Below, one piece after another: positions 1-9,805 of a stretch of DNA of 64,000 bases (its first letter is position 1; every line of letters begins with the position of its first letter). Source of the stretch: Pelagomonas calceolata. Its lineage: Eukaryota. The stretch covers positions 1,364,001 through 1,428,000 of the forward strand of contig CAKKNE010000002.1 of NCBI GenBank assembly GCA_918797485.1. The letters run 5' to 3'. The notes under the pieces were generated by a model that did no database searches, was not told the DNA's origin, and saw nothing but the letters and a program-made list of their open reading frames with translations. The position numbers and the translations under genes were made by a program.

Positions 1-902
1 TCGTCGGACCCCATACTACCCGAGCGATAGTCAATTACAAGTATATGACATCTACACGCCGAGAAGGGTACTTTGGGCTGCCCACGCTCGTGACGTGAAC
101 ATCTTGATCTGGACCTCGCTTAAGTCAGTCGGTCATGGAACAAACGATCGCGTTATGGTCCATGGTGATGGTACACGGGCTGATGGTCGCAAGTCCAGTC
201 ATTAAGTCCATTTAAGCAAGATACTGTGGTCGCGAGACCGATGACCCGCGCCGAGCATCTTTGGGTCTCAGAGCAATGTAGTACACAATCAAGCCGGTTA
301 TCTGGCCCGTCCCGTAACCAAAGCGCCTGAAATGCAAATTTATTGTACAAACCACCGGTCTGGGCCCTTTCCAGTGCCCCGTCTCCGCACCGTCGTCCGC
401 GGAGAACGGGCAAGTCGGTCGATTGTGAATAGAAGAACGGCGTTATGATCCATCCGGATAGTGTCGTCGCTGATACTCGCATACCCAGGTGCAGTGCCTT
501 CCTTTGGGTAAACGCGAGGGCGTGGAGATGCTGATTCGCGCGGCTCTAACGGAGCATCTAAAATAAATAGGTAAGTGTTCAATCGGCCTAGATGGCATCT
601 ACCGACAACAAACGAAACAAAACGAACATAAACTCGGGAGTTGTCTAGTAGAATTCTTCTCCCGCCCTCCGGGCGCGCGCCGTCGGCTCCGGTTCCGTCG
701 AATTTGTATGAAAACTGGGCTGGAGTTGGTATGATGTACCAACTGGACGGTAGAAGGCGGCGCCAATCGCTGGTGTATTTTGGCGAGCCGCAAGACCTAG
801 TGATCTAGCGTATCGACATACTAGGAATCCGTATATATATATACTAGTAGCTATTAGCGATTGATATTAATACAAGTATCCTAGTGGCAGCACGACCGGC
901 GC

Positions 903-1907
903 CTATCGAAAGACCAGGCGCGTCGTGAGAGCGCTGTGGAGGTCGTCGAAGCCGACGTTGTGATGGTCGACATAGTCGTCCTCATAGTCGTCCTCGCCGG
1001 CGTAGTCCTTGAGCCAGCCGGTGAAGGTACAGAGAATCCGACGAACCTCGACGTAGCCCGGACCGACGACCACCGAAGCGTCCGGCGAGTGGGTCCAGGG
1101 TACGCCGTCTCGCGGGAACTCGGCGTCTAAGCCGATTTGCACTTCCGCCGTCACTTCATGGGCATAATCTCGGCCCAGCCGATTGAGCAGGTAGTCGGCC
1201 GTAAGGTCCTTCGGCATAGCGGGGTTGTGACGAATCGTATGCAAGTGAGGTTTGCCGAGCGCGGTTTGCTGCTCGCACATCGCCGGCAGGGACCCGCGGA
1301 GCGAGGGATAGGCCGCGAATTTACCCTTGTGGTCATCCATCCCAAAGGTACTGCCGCACCACATGTCCAACGTGTCAGCTGGCACGAGGGTCGCGACGCG
1401 CCCGTCGCTCTTGCGGATCACGACGTAGCTAACCGACACCGGCGCACGAAACGGAGGAAACGAATTGTCGGTCGACGTGTCTACTCTCGCACGCAGGTTC
1501 TCAAAGATTAAGCCAGCCCGGAGGCCCCCCGTGTCGAGGCTATTATGAGGGCAATTCCGCGTCATCACGTCGCGCGCCTCCCGCGCCACAGAACAGATCG
1601 CGCGCCCGTTCTGCGACAGCTCCAGCTGAATCAGGTGATCGTCGAGATCGAGGAGAGGCCGTGGTGTGGCGCCGCGCAGGGCGGCCGCGTGCTGCCGGTA
1701 GTACTCGCGCGGCCCGCGCCGCAGCACCGCCTGGCGGAGCGCACCGCACGCGGTGGAAGGCCAGCGCGCCTCGCACAGTGCGAGCCATAGATCTGGCGCG
1801 CGCGCCGCAGCCGCCCACGCTTTGCAGAGGGCTGCCCCCCTGGGGATCTCCGCGGCAACGAGGAACGACAGCGCGTGCTTTGTTATGTCGGCAGGGAGGC
1901 TGGCCAT
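903..1907 (-). CDS. F-box domain protein
   Basis: N-terminus MASLPADITKHALSFL...LCKAWAAAARAPDLWLALCEARWP fits the F-box pattern; first ATG at 1907 within ORF 903..1985. Confidence 0.65.
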   Translation of the reverse strand: MASLPADITKHALSFLVAAEIPRGAALCKAWAAAARAPDLWLALCEARWPSTACGALRQAVLRRGPREYYRQHAAALRGATPRPLLDLDDHLIQLELSQNGRAICSVAREARDVMTRNCPHNSLDTGGLRAGLIFENLRARVDTSTDNSFPPFRAPVSVSYVVIRKSDGRVATLVPADTLDMWCGSTFGMDDHKGKFAAYPSLRGSLPAMCEQQTALGKPHLHTIRHNPAMPKDLTADYLLNRLGRDYAHEVTAEVQIGLDAEFPRDGVPWTHSPDASVVVGPGYVEVRRILCTFTGWLKDYAGEDDYEDDYVDHHNVGFDDLHSALTTRLVFR

Positions 1908-2364
1908 CGCTGGTCGCTGCTGGAAATCTTGCACGTCGATGGCGTAAGCCGGCGTCTGATGCCAACGAATTGCGCCGTCGCACACGACCGCAGGCCCGGG
2001 CAGCTTTCAAACACCCTGGGAGGCATCTCTGTGGTGCCGGAGCGAGGCCCCGCGCCGGTTTGTTTCGCCATCGTACGTCGGCAAAGAGTCTTCCACGTGT
2101 CCGGGACCGGAGGAATCCGTCGGATGCATTCCAGACACTTCTCGAACCTACTAGCCCTCAGCCCAAGGCAAAACTCGCCAGCTTGCCCTCGCGCTACAGC
2201 GTCGCGGAGCCACCGCCAGACACAAAGCGCAGCTTATCACTGCCAACCGCGCCCGCGCGTGCATTCCTGCCGCAAGCGCGGCGCGATTTGACCTCGCCTA
2301 GCCCACAAACAGCGAGGGCAAGCACTTCGCTGAATAAGCGCAGCGCGCCGGCGCCGCAGCAACC

Positions 2365-3534
2365 ATGCGGATCGGCAAATGTCCGCGAACCGCGTCCAAA
2401 AGCACTCCGCCTTCACACTGTAACTGCGTGGCGCAATGGATAGCGCATCAGACTTCTAATCTGGGGGTTGCGGGTTCGAGTCCCGCCGTGGTTACACCGA
2501 TTGAGACCGACCGATTGGCGCAACGGTAGCGCGTCAGATTCCAGTCCTGAAGGTTACGTGTTCGAATCACGTATCGGTCACGTCTCCAATCGCACACACA
2601 CAACGAACGACCGATTGGCGCAACGGTAGCGCGTCAGATTCCAGTCCTGAAGGTTACGTGTTCGAATCACGTATCGGTCAGTTCCTTGGCGGCCGGAGAG
2701 CGCGCGCGCCCGGACTGAGTTGCCCGCAACTCACGCGTTCGCCCCCTCGCGCAGGCCACTTCTGCTCGAGCCCGATCTACCCCGGCCACGGCATCGCGTT
2801 CGCGCGCAACGACGCCAAAGTGGTACCGCGGCGGCGTCCGCTCCTTTACTTTCAACCGCGTGGCGCAATGGATAGCGCATCAGACTTCTAATCTGGGGGT
2901 TGCGGGTTCGAGTCCCGCCGTGGTTACGACCGATGGAGACCCTTTGACCGATTGGCGCAACGGTAGCGCGTCAGATTCCAGTCCTGAAGGTTACGTGTTC
3001 GAATCACGTATCGGTCAGGCGTCTCCATCGCACACACACTTATGTGAGAGACCGATTGGCGCAACGGCAGCGCGTCAGATTCCAGTCCTGAAGGTTACGT
3101 GTTCGAATCACGTATCGGTCACATCATCACACACGCCGAGGAGCAACGTCTCACGCGTACGTCCCCCGCCGCAGTTCCACTTCTGCCGCTCGAAATGCCA
3201 CAAGAACTTTAATCTGAAGCGCAACCCGCGGAAAGTCCGCTGGACCAAGGCCTTCCGCAAGGTGCGCGGCAAGGAGATGGCCGTGGACCCGACCTTCGAG
3301 CTCGAGAAGCGGCGGAACCGGCCCGTGAAGTACGACCGGGACCTCGTCGGCGCGACGCTGCGCGCCATGGCGCGGGCCCAGGAGGTCCAGGCGAAGCGGG
3401 CCGCGGCGCACCACAAGAACCGCATGGTCAAGCACCGCGAGAACGACGCCGTGCGCGCGCGCGCGAAGATCGCGGAGCACGAGCTCGCGGCGGGCGGCGG
3501 CACCTTCGAGGCCGGGGACCAGCGGTATGTTTAA
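2365..3534 (+). CDS. RLP24: 60S ribosome biogenesis protein RLP24 (L24e family); exons 2365-2380, 2755-2822, 3175-3534
   Basis: Splicing at GT 2381..AG 2754 and GT 2823..AG 3174 gives [57 protein letters not shown]...RNRPVKYDR, the RLP24/RSL24D1 signature, with phases consistent. Confidence 0.93.
2422..2494 (+). tRNA. tRNA-Arg(UCU), in RLP24 intron 1
   Basis: 73-nt cloverleaf: acceptor AACTGCG/CGTGGTT, anticodon loop CT-TCT-AA, T-loop TTCGAGT. Confidence 0.93.
2509..2580 (+). tRNA. tRNA-Trp(CCA), in RLP24 intron 1
   Basis: 72-nt cloverleaf: acceptor GACCGAT/ATCGGTC, anticodon loop TT-CCA-GT, T-loop TTCGAAT. Confidence 0.92.
2609..2680 (+). tRNA. tRNA-Trp(CCA), in RLP24 intron 1
   Basis: Identical to 2509-2580. 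Confidence 0.92.
2854..2926 (+). tRNA. tRNA-Arg(UCU), in RLP24 intron 2
   Basis: Same as 2422-2494 except C4 (acceptor AACCGCG). Confidence 0.93.
2946..3017 (+). tRNA. tRNA-Trp(CCA), in RLP24 intron 2
   Basis: Identical to 2509-2580. Confidence 0.92.
3050..3121 (+). tRNA. tRNA-Trp(CCA), in RLP24 intron 2
   Basis: Same as the other Trp copies with one D-loop change (GGCAG vs GGTAG). Confidence 0.92.
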
Positions 3535-3893
3535 TTTGTTAGTCGTTCATTTTTTGCTTCCCGCGATCGCGGCGACGCCGTCCGCGGCGTCGGGAGCGCG
3601 TCTGCTAGTGTCTTTACTACCGCTAGCTGCACTGGCAAGCCGCAGGACACAGCACAGCCGCGTTGCGCCGTTACTGGCGAGCTACCTCGCTGAGAGATAG
3701 CATTTCTGTCATATCAACGCCGCGCGAGCGCTGCGCTGACGCCGCCGCGCTGGGACTTACATAAACACTTGTGCAAGGCAAGGCAGGCTCGCTGGCACGC
3801 TCTGCAATAGCGCCGCTCGCTGCGAGACGCTCCCAGAATCACTGCGCAATCGCTGCGCTGAAACACCACAAAGAACACACCGCGCAAAGGACG

Positions 3894-4805
3894 ATGATCT
3901 GCGTGCCCGGCGACGACGTCGCGCCGCTCCAGGACGGCCTCATGCGCGGCCACGGCACCTACGCGCACTCTAATCAGTTGGTGAGCTGCGGTGCTGGTAG
4001 GATCGAGCGCGTGAACAAGCTCGCGTCAGTACGGCCCGTGAGAGGGAGGTACACGGGCTCCGTCGGCGATTTGGTCGTCGGCGAGATCGTCGAGGTCGCG
4101 CACCGGAGCTGGAAGGTCGACGTCGGTTCGACGCGGAAGGCCACGCTAGCCATCACCTCCGTGACCCTCCCAGACGACGCGCAACGCGTGAGAACACATG
4201 AAGATACGCTCGCGATGAGGGAATTATTCAAGGAGGGCGACGTCGTCGTCTGCGAGGTCCAGGCCGTGAACGCCGACGGCCAGCTGCATTTGCACATGAA
4301 ATCGAATCGCTACGGTCTGCTCGAGAACGGCTGTGTCGTTCGAGTGAACCAGCACCTCGTGAGGAGGCTGAAGCACCACTTCGTGGAACTGCCGGACATT
4401 AATGTGGAGCTGTGCGTCGGGCACAACGGTAGGGTGTGGGTCCAGCGGGCGATTCCGTCGCAGTGGATCGAGGCGGAGGCGCAGGACGGCGGCGGCGGCG
4501 CGGGCGAGGCCGACGCGCTATTGAGTGCGGAGGCGTGGCGAAGAGTAAGGAAGCGGCACAGCGCCCTGCCCCTCGAAGACAATGAGAGGGAGGCGTGCTG
4601 CCGCGCGCGGAACGCGGTCGCGGTCTTGGGGAGCGGCGGCTGCGTCGTCGACGGCGACTCGATTCTCAAGATCTACCGCGCGTCGCTGGGCGACGCGCCG
4701 TCGAAGATGCTGACGCGGGCCGTGGCTCAGAAACTCGTCGCGGACTTCCTCGGCGAGCGCGCGCCGGAGCCCATGGACGAGGGGGAGGACGCCATGCAGC
4801 TCTGA
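3894..4805 (+). CDS. RRP4: Exosome complex component RRP4
   Basis: MICVPGD...MRGHGTY...RVNKLASVRPVRGRYTGSVGDLVVGEI...GHNGRVW: RRP4 N-terminal, S1 and KH motifs. Confidence 0.9.
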   Translation: MICVPGDDVAPLQDGLMRGHGTYAHSNQLVSCGAGRIERVNKLASVRPVRGRYTGSVGDLVVGEIVEVAHRSWKVDVGSTRKATLAITSVTLPDDAQRVRTHEDTLAMRELFKEGDVVVCEVQAVNADGQLHLHMKSNRYGLLENGCVVRVNQHLVRRLKHHFVELPDINVELCVGHNGRVWVQRAIPSQWIEAEAQDGGGGAGEADALLSAEAWRRVRKRHSALPLEDNEREACCRARNAVAVLGSGGCVVDGDSILKIYRASLGDAPSKMLTRAVAQKLVADFLGERAPEPMDEGEDAMQL

Positions 4806-4907
4806 CTCCATCGCGGCGACGGCGTGCTGGCGCGGATTTAGCGTGGCATATACGCCATCGACGCGGAGGCTCGTCACCGGGGGCAGTTCTAACTACATGT
4901 TTGTTAC

Positions 4908-5921
4908 TTACCCCGTATTCCACTGCGCAGCTATCTCCTGGAGCTCGCGCATCGCGTTGTCCGACGCCAATTTCGCCTCGGCCGCGTCTTTTTTAATGGC
5001 TGCCCGGTCTCGCGCCGCGGCCATCTCGCGCGCGTAGGCCTCGGCCTCGGCCTTCCTCCCTTCCAGGGTCTCTAATTTCGAGTCCAAAGCGAAGTTTGTG
5101 TCCAATCGCGCATCAAGTGAAGAAGGGATCCGGTCCAGGCCCGCCTTGATGGACAGCCGCGTATTCGGCGGCACGAAATCCAAAGCGCCGCCGTCGTCGA
5201 ACCGCACCTCTTTAAACAACCGCCGCAGCTCCCCGACGGACGTCCCTCCAACACCCTGGATGCGGCCCCAGTACTCGCCCGCGCCCGCGGCCTGTACCAG
5301 ATCCTGCGCGATCCTCAAGGGCGTCGGCGTCGGGTCGCCCTCACTCAGCCTTGCTTTGAGGACGTCCGTCGGTGTTGGCCATGTACCTAAAGCCTCCAGA
5401 ACTACGTTGTTGGGAGCAGTGGTAAAAATAGTAGCGGGGTAACAGGCCGTCTGCCACTTTGGGTGTAATAAAACTTTGCAGCCGCCCGCTTGACTGACCA
5501 TGTACTTCAGGAGGCACTGGTGGCCTGAGACTTCGTCATACACACAATTCGAGGATTTATCATGCTTCGGTAGACCCGAACAAGGGTCGATGTAGTCGCA
5601 CCAGTGCGGCTCCAGCTTTTTTCTCACTGCTTCCGCAAACGCGAAGAACGCCTCCAGACACCGATCTTTCTCTATAGCCGCATCATCTCCCCAATTGACC
5701 ATTTGCATCGCGGTATGTTGTGTTGTTGGTATTGCTACTACCGCATCGTCGAAGGTGATTTTGCCGCCGAAGACCTGCTGCAGTTCCCGTAGTACGGCTC
5801 GCGGCGCGACGTGCGCACTCACTTCTATCTCGTCCTTGTCGTGTACGAGTAGGTGCGGCGGTTTGAGCGTGACTGTCGTCTTGCTCGGTAGCTTTTTGAC
5901 GCGTTGGACGTGGGCCGACAT
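4908..5921 (-). CDS. MMADHC/CblD-like cobalamin trafficking protein with C-terminal extension
   Basis: EKDRCLEAF...WCDYIDPCSGLP...GCKVLLHPKWQTACYPATIFTTAP matches the MMADHC domain. Confidence 0.8.
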   Translation of the reverse strand: MSAHVQRVKKLPSKTTVTLKPPHLLVHDKDEIEVSAHVAPRAVLRELQQVFGGKITFDDAVVAIPTTQHTAMQMVNWGDDAAIEKDRCLEAFFAFAEAVRKKLEPHWCDYIDPCSGLPKHDKSSNCVYDEVSGHQCLLKYMVSQAGGCKVLLHPKWQTACYPATIFTTAPNNVVLEALGTWPTPTDVLKARLSEGDPTPTPLRIAQDLVQAAGAGEYWGRIQGVGGTSVGELRRLFKEVRFDDGGALDFVPPNTRLSIKAGLDRIPSSLDARLDTNFALDSKLETLEGRKAEAEAYAREMAAARDRAAIKKDAAEAKLASDNAMRELQEIAAQWNTG

Positions 5922-6328
5922 TGCGCCTTACTGCACGTTCAGCACTGCACAGGCTATGTCCAGCTTTTTTGGTTCGCGGGGATGCTCGCTTGCGCACACC
6001 CTGCACACTCAGCACTGCACACTCAGCACTGCACAGCCAAAATGGCTGGCTTTCTTGGCAAAATAGATCGCGTTTGCTGGCTGCAGCGCAGTTATGTGTT
6101 GTTAGAACTGCCCGAGCGTGTTTATCGATGCTTTGCACACGATTTTAAGAGGTGTGTTGGCCAGCGCTGAGCCTCTGCTGCATGGCTCAGCCGCGAAGGC
6201 GTCGTGCCCGTCTGGAGCTGTCAATGACTCGTCTGTACAGTTGCTACACGTTCCAAAGACCAGAATGCCCGGGACCCGCACGACCCCGTCATCGAATTTT
6301 GCCCACCTTCTCCAAATTTGACGCTAAA

Positions 6329-7101
6329 ATGGCCACTCCCGAGACCTTCTCGGAGACAGGAAGCGAGACGATGTACGAGAAGGTATGCTCCCAGCGTCCA
6401 GCTTGGCCCGATGTCTTAACGTTACGTACGGCCGGAGATCCAGCGACGAAGACCAGAGAGGCGCCCTCACTTTGCGCGCGCGGTGGCGCGTCAGCGCGGC
6501 CGCCAAGGCCTGCGCATCACGCTCCGCAGCACCCAGCACAATGTCGCCCGTCGAGACCGCCGGATATTATACACACGCTCATTCGCGCATCGTCCGGCCT
6601 CACGAACCCGCGGGAAAAGAATTTGGCGATATACCACGCTGCCGCCGCGCACCCGACGAAACGCTGCCGCCGCGCCACCCACGAACCCGCCGCGCGCAGG
6701 CCCTCGCGAAGCTCCAGTCGACGCGCGCGAGCCTCACGGACTACGCCTTGGAATTGGACAAGTCCGCCGACGCGAAAACCGGCTACAAGGCCAAGTACGC
6801 CGACGGCAAGGACTACGTGCTGGCGACGTACGAGAAGACGAAGACGCAGGTCAACGAGTACGCCGTGGAGCCGACGACGACCTACGCGACGGAGACCTAC
6901 GCTTATGTGGGAGACAAGTTCGTGTCGACGAAGGACTACACGTACGAGACCTACGATTCCGCCAAGACCTACACCTACGACACGACGCTGTCGATCGTCG
7001 AGAACGCGCAGGCCATGGCCGAGAAGATGATGCTCGCGATGGGCAGCCGCAAGGAGGCGCCCGAGACGGTCGCGGCGGAGGCCGAGGTCATGGAGGCCTA
7101 G
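6329..7101 (+). CDS. Small Thr/Tyr-rich repetitive helical protein (LEA- or perilipin-like?); exons 6329-6382, 6700-7101
   Basis: Phase-0 intron GTATGC 6383..CGCAG 6699; strongly biased codons in exon 2; TYETYDSAKTYTYDT-type repeats. Confidence 0.6.
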
Positions 7102-7711
7102 AGTGGTCTTTCCCTCCCCTGTTCGTTGCTTATAAATCCTGGTGAATAGTCTTCTTTGCTACGCGTCGGCGGCGTCGGGGCTGGGTGCGTCGAGATTCGT
7201 CGGCGGCTAGTCTCCACTAGATCTCTCGCGGCGGCGTCGAGGCGTGTGCGTCGAGATTCGTCGGCGGGCGCGGGCCGTGTCCTTCGTGACAGCATAATTC
7301 CTTCTACGGAGCGCCGCCTCGTAGGCGCGTCGTCGTCGTCGTCGTCGTCGTGGCACCCCGCATAAGCCCGGCACCTCGCTTGAGGGGGTCCGCCCGCGGC
7401 TTCGAGCTAGCGCCTGTGAGACACTAGCAAGCAGCCAAAGCCACCCAAGCATCTCAGTGCCGACAGCTGGGTTACGCTGCTCGCGAGCAGCCAAAAACCA
7501 TCTGCGGACACTCTCAGTGAGCGCGACCACTGCTACACGCCGTGATTCGGCCTCCGCCGCTCTGCAAGCAGCGCTACAGGCAGGAAGCCGACGACGCTGT
7601 TGCGCCTAAAAACGCGGGGCGACGCAGCGCACGGGAGATTCTCGGCGCGCGTAGCACGCAGACAACACAGGACGCAACGCAAACAGCGCGGAAACGCCGC
7701 AAGCCTAAGAA

Positions 7712-8850
7712 ATGACGGAGCGGGAAACGAGCGCCGGCTTCCACGTCGGCGGCGAGACTGTACAAACATACAACGACGAGCACTACAAGAAGCTCCGAGA
7801 GAGATGGGGTTTGGGAGATGACTTCCTCGCGACCTTCGACTTTACTAAGAACATGAAGGGCGGCGGCGGGAAGGGCGGCGACCTCATGGGGTTTACGACC
7901 GATAAACTTTTTATCGTGAAGGAGGTCAATCCGGGAGACCAGAAATCACTCCTGAAGATCACGGAGGACTACGCTCAACATCTCTTGGATCCCCACGGCT
8001 CTTTGCTAGCGAGGTTCTTCCTCCACTTTTCTAGAAAAGGAAAAGATTTCCTCGTGATGAACAACTGGATGCCTCCCCCTAGATACGATGCGGTCGATTC
8101 CATGGAAGAATTGGGCTTCGACCTGAAGACGAATTATAATAGATTCGACCTCAAGGGCTGCGCGGACGACAAAACGTTGGTAGCACTCGGAGAACCGGTC
8201 CACGCGGTGCACAAGCGCATCTTTAATGTGGGGATGTGGTGCGGCGACGCGCTCTGGACGCCGGAGCGCAAGCGCTACTTCGAGGGCAAGAAGCACGCGC
8301 GAGAGGTGAAGTTCCACGTGTCTCAAGCTACACACGACGAGATCTCCAAGCAAACGAAACGAGACGTGGCGTTCCTCCAGAAGTGGGGCCTCATGGACTA
8401 TTCGTTGGTTGTCAGTTATCACGGCGTGCCCCGGACCCATCTGGATGTAGCTCGTAGTGTATACGCGGGCACTTCCGATGGAGGCGCCCAACCCTACTTA
8501 GCTGCATCAAAGGACACATTATACATAAGCTACGTGGGCATCATCGACTTCCTCCAGGACTGGACCTGCGCCAAGAAGGTCGCCATGTGCGTCAAGTGCT
8601 GCGAGCGCAACAAGGCCACGATCCCGCCGGTCTGCTCCAGCGTCCTTTCTTTGATGAACGCCGCGGCGACGGCGTGGGGGGTCACGCCTCGTCGTCGCGA
8701 GTGATGTACCCCGCCGTACGCCGCCGACGCAATGCATACGTATACGCGCAGGTTCCGTACGGCGACCGCTTCGCGTCCTTCGTCGACGCCAAGTTTGTTG
8801 GCGACTGCGCGCCCGTGCCCGAGGTCGTCGCGCTCGACGCGACGCCCTAG
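7712..8850 (+). CDS. Phosphatidylinositol phosphate kinase (PIP5K family); intron about 8630-8751
   Basis: GGKGG, FIVKEV, RFDLKG, LMDYSLVV and VGIIDFLQ motifs; splicing gives ATIPPVPYGDRF. Confidence 0.88.
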
Positions 8851-8857
8851 AGTAACA

Positions 8858-9262
8858 TCAAGTAATTACACAGCACGCGTTATGGGGCGTCTCCGGTTTT
8901 GGAGGTAAAATAGGATAAGGAGCATCACCAGGCGCCCGGTAGATCCGCGAACTGCGCTTCGTGATCAGGTCCTTCATCATCAGCGACGGGAAGTGGACCT
9001 CGTAGCGGTCGCGATGTTGCGTCGAGGACATCGAACTTCCGGAGCCGTCCATCTCGCTCATGGCGAAGCCCGTGAAGCGCGCCACCGTCCGCCCCGACTT
9101 CGCCATGCTGTCCAACTGTTTTTGCATCTCGGCGTCGAACGCGCGCCACCGCTTCGTCCCGCGCTTTTCTTCCAGGAGGTGCCAACCGGCCTCCGTCGGC
9201 AGCGGCGGCTCGAGGCCCTCCTCGACGGCGACGTCCTGGATGTCCGCGGCGGAGCGGTCCAT
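8858..9262 (-). CDS. Small WWE-like domain protein with C-terminal CaaX
   Basis: GWHLL...WRAFDAEMQKQLD...YEVHFPSLMMKDLITKRSSRIYR resembles WWE; ends in CCVIT. Confidence 0.55.
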   Translation of the reverse strand: MDRSAADIQDVAVEEGLEPPLPTEAGWHLLEEKRGTKRWRAFDAEMQKQLDSMAKSGRTVARFTGFAMSEMDGSGSSMSSTQHRDRYEVHFPSLMMKDLITKRSSRIYRAPGDAPYPILPPKPETPHNACCVIT

Positions 9263-9805
9263 GCCGCGCCGCGGAGAGGCTGCCCCCAGGTTCCGGAGGA
9301 GCTGTGGTGGCTGCGTAGGCTGCCCGACGGCGCAGCGATGGCAGGAACCAAGTATACGTTTGTGTTTGCGGCTGCGGCAGCGTCGGTGTTATGCGTCGCT
9401 CGCAGCGGCTCGTAATCACGCTCTGAACATAAACATCCCGCCTTGTCGACATGATGGTCCGAAAAAAACCAGCGCGCTATTGTCGTTATTTCTCCTTGAG
9501 GCGAGTCAGGAGGTCTCGTAGTACGCGATGTACGGGTCCCGGGCCGGAGAGGGGCACATAGCATGAGCCCATCGGAGAGCAGCTTGAGAGGCGCATGCGC
9601 TCGCGCACGTCGCCGTGTACGGCCACTGCAAGCACAAGCACCCAGCATTGCTGTATCGTTGTGGAAACTGTTCCATAAAACGAGAACAGAACGAATTTGC
9701 ATCGATAGCGGTGCTCAGCTACTGCAAAACAAAGGCTGCAACACGGCACACGAGCCGTAGCACTCGACTCGTCGCGCGTGACCAACAACAAACACTGCCA
9801 AGATA

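Noticed and set aside
2860..3174. N-terminal part of the 224-aa ORF 2860..3534
   Set aside because: It is translated tRNA/intron sequence; the real RLP24 N-terminus comes from exons at 2365 and 2755
7146..7365. Possible ncRNA (22-bp direct repeat and GTC microsatellite)
   Set aside because: No recognisable RNA family motif; likely simple local repeats
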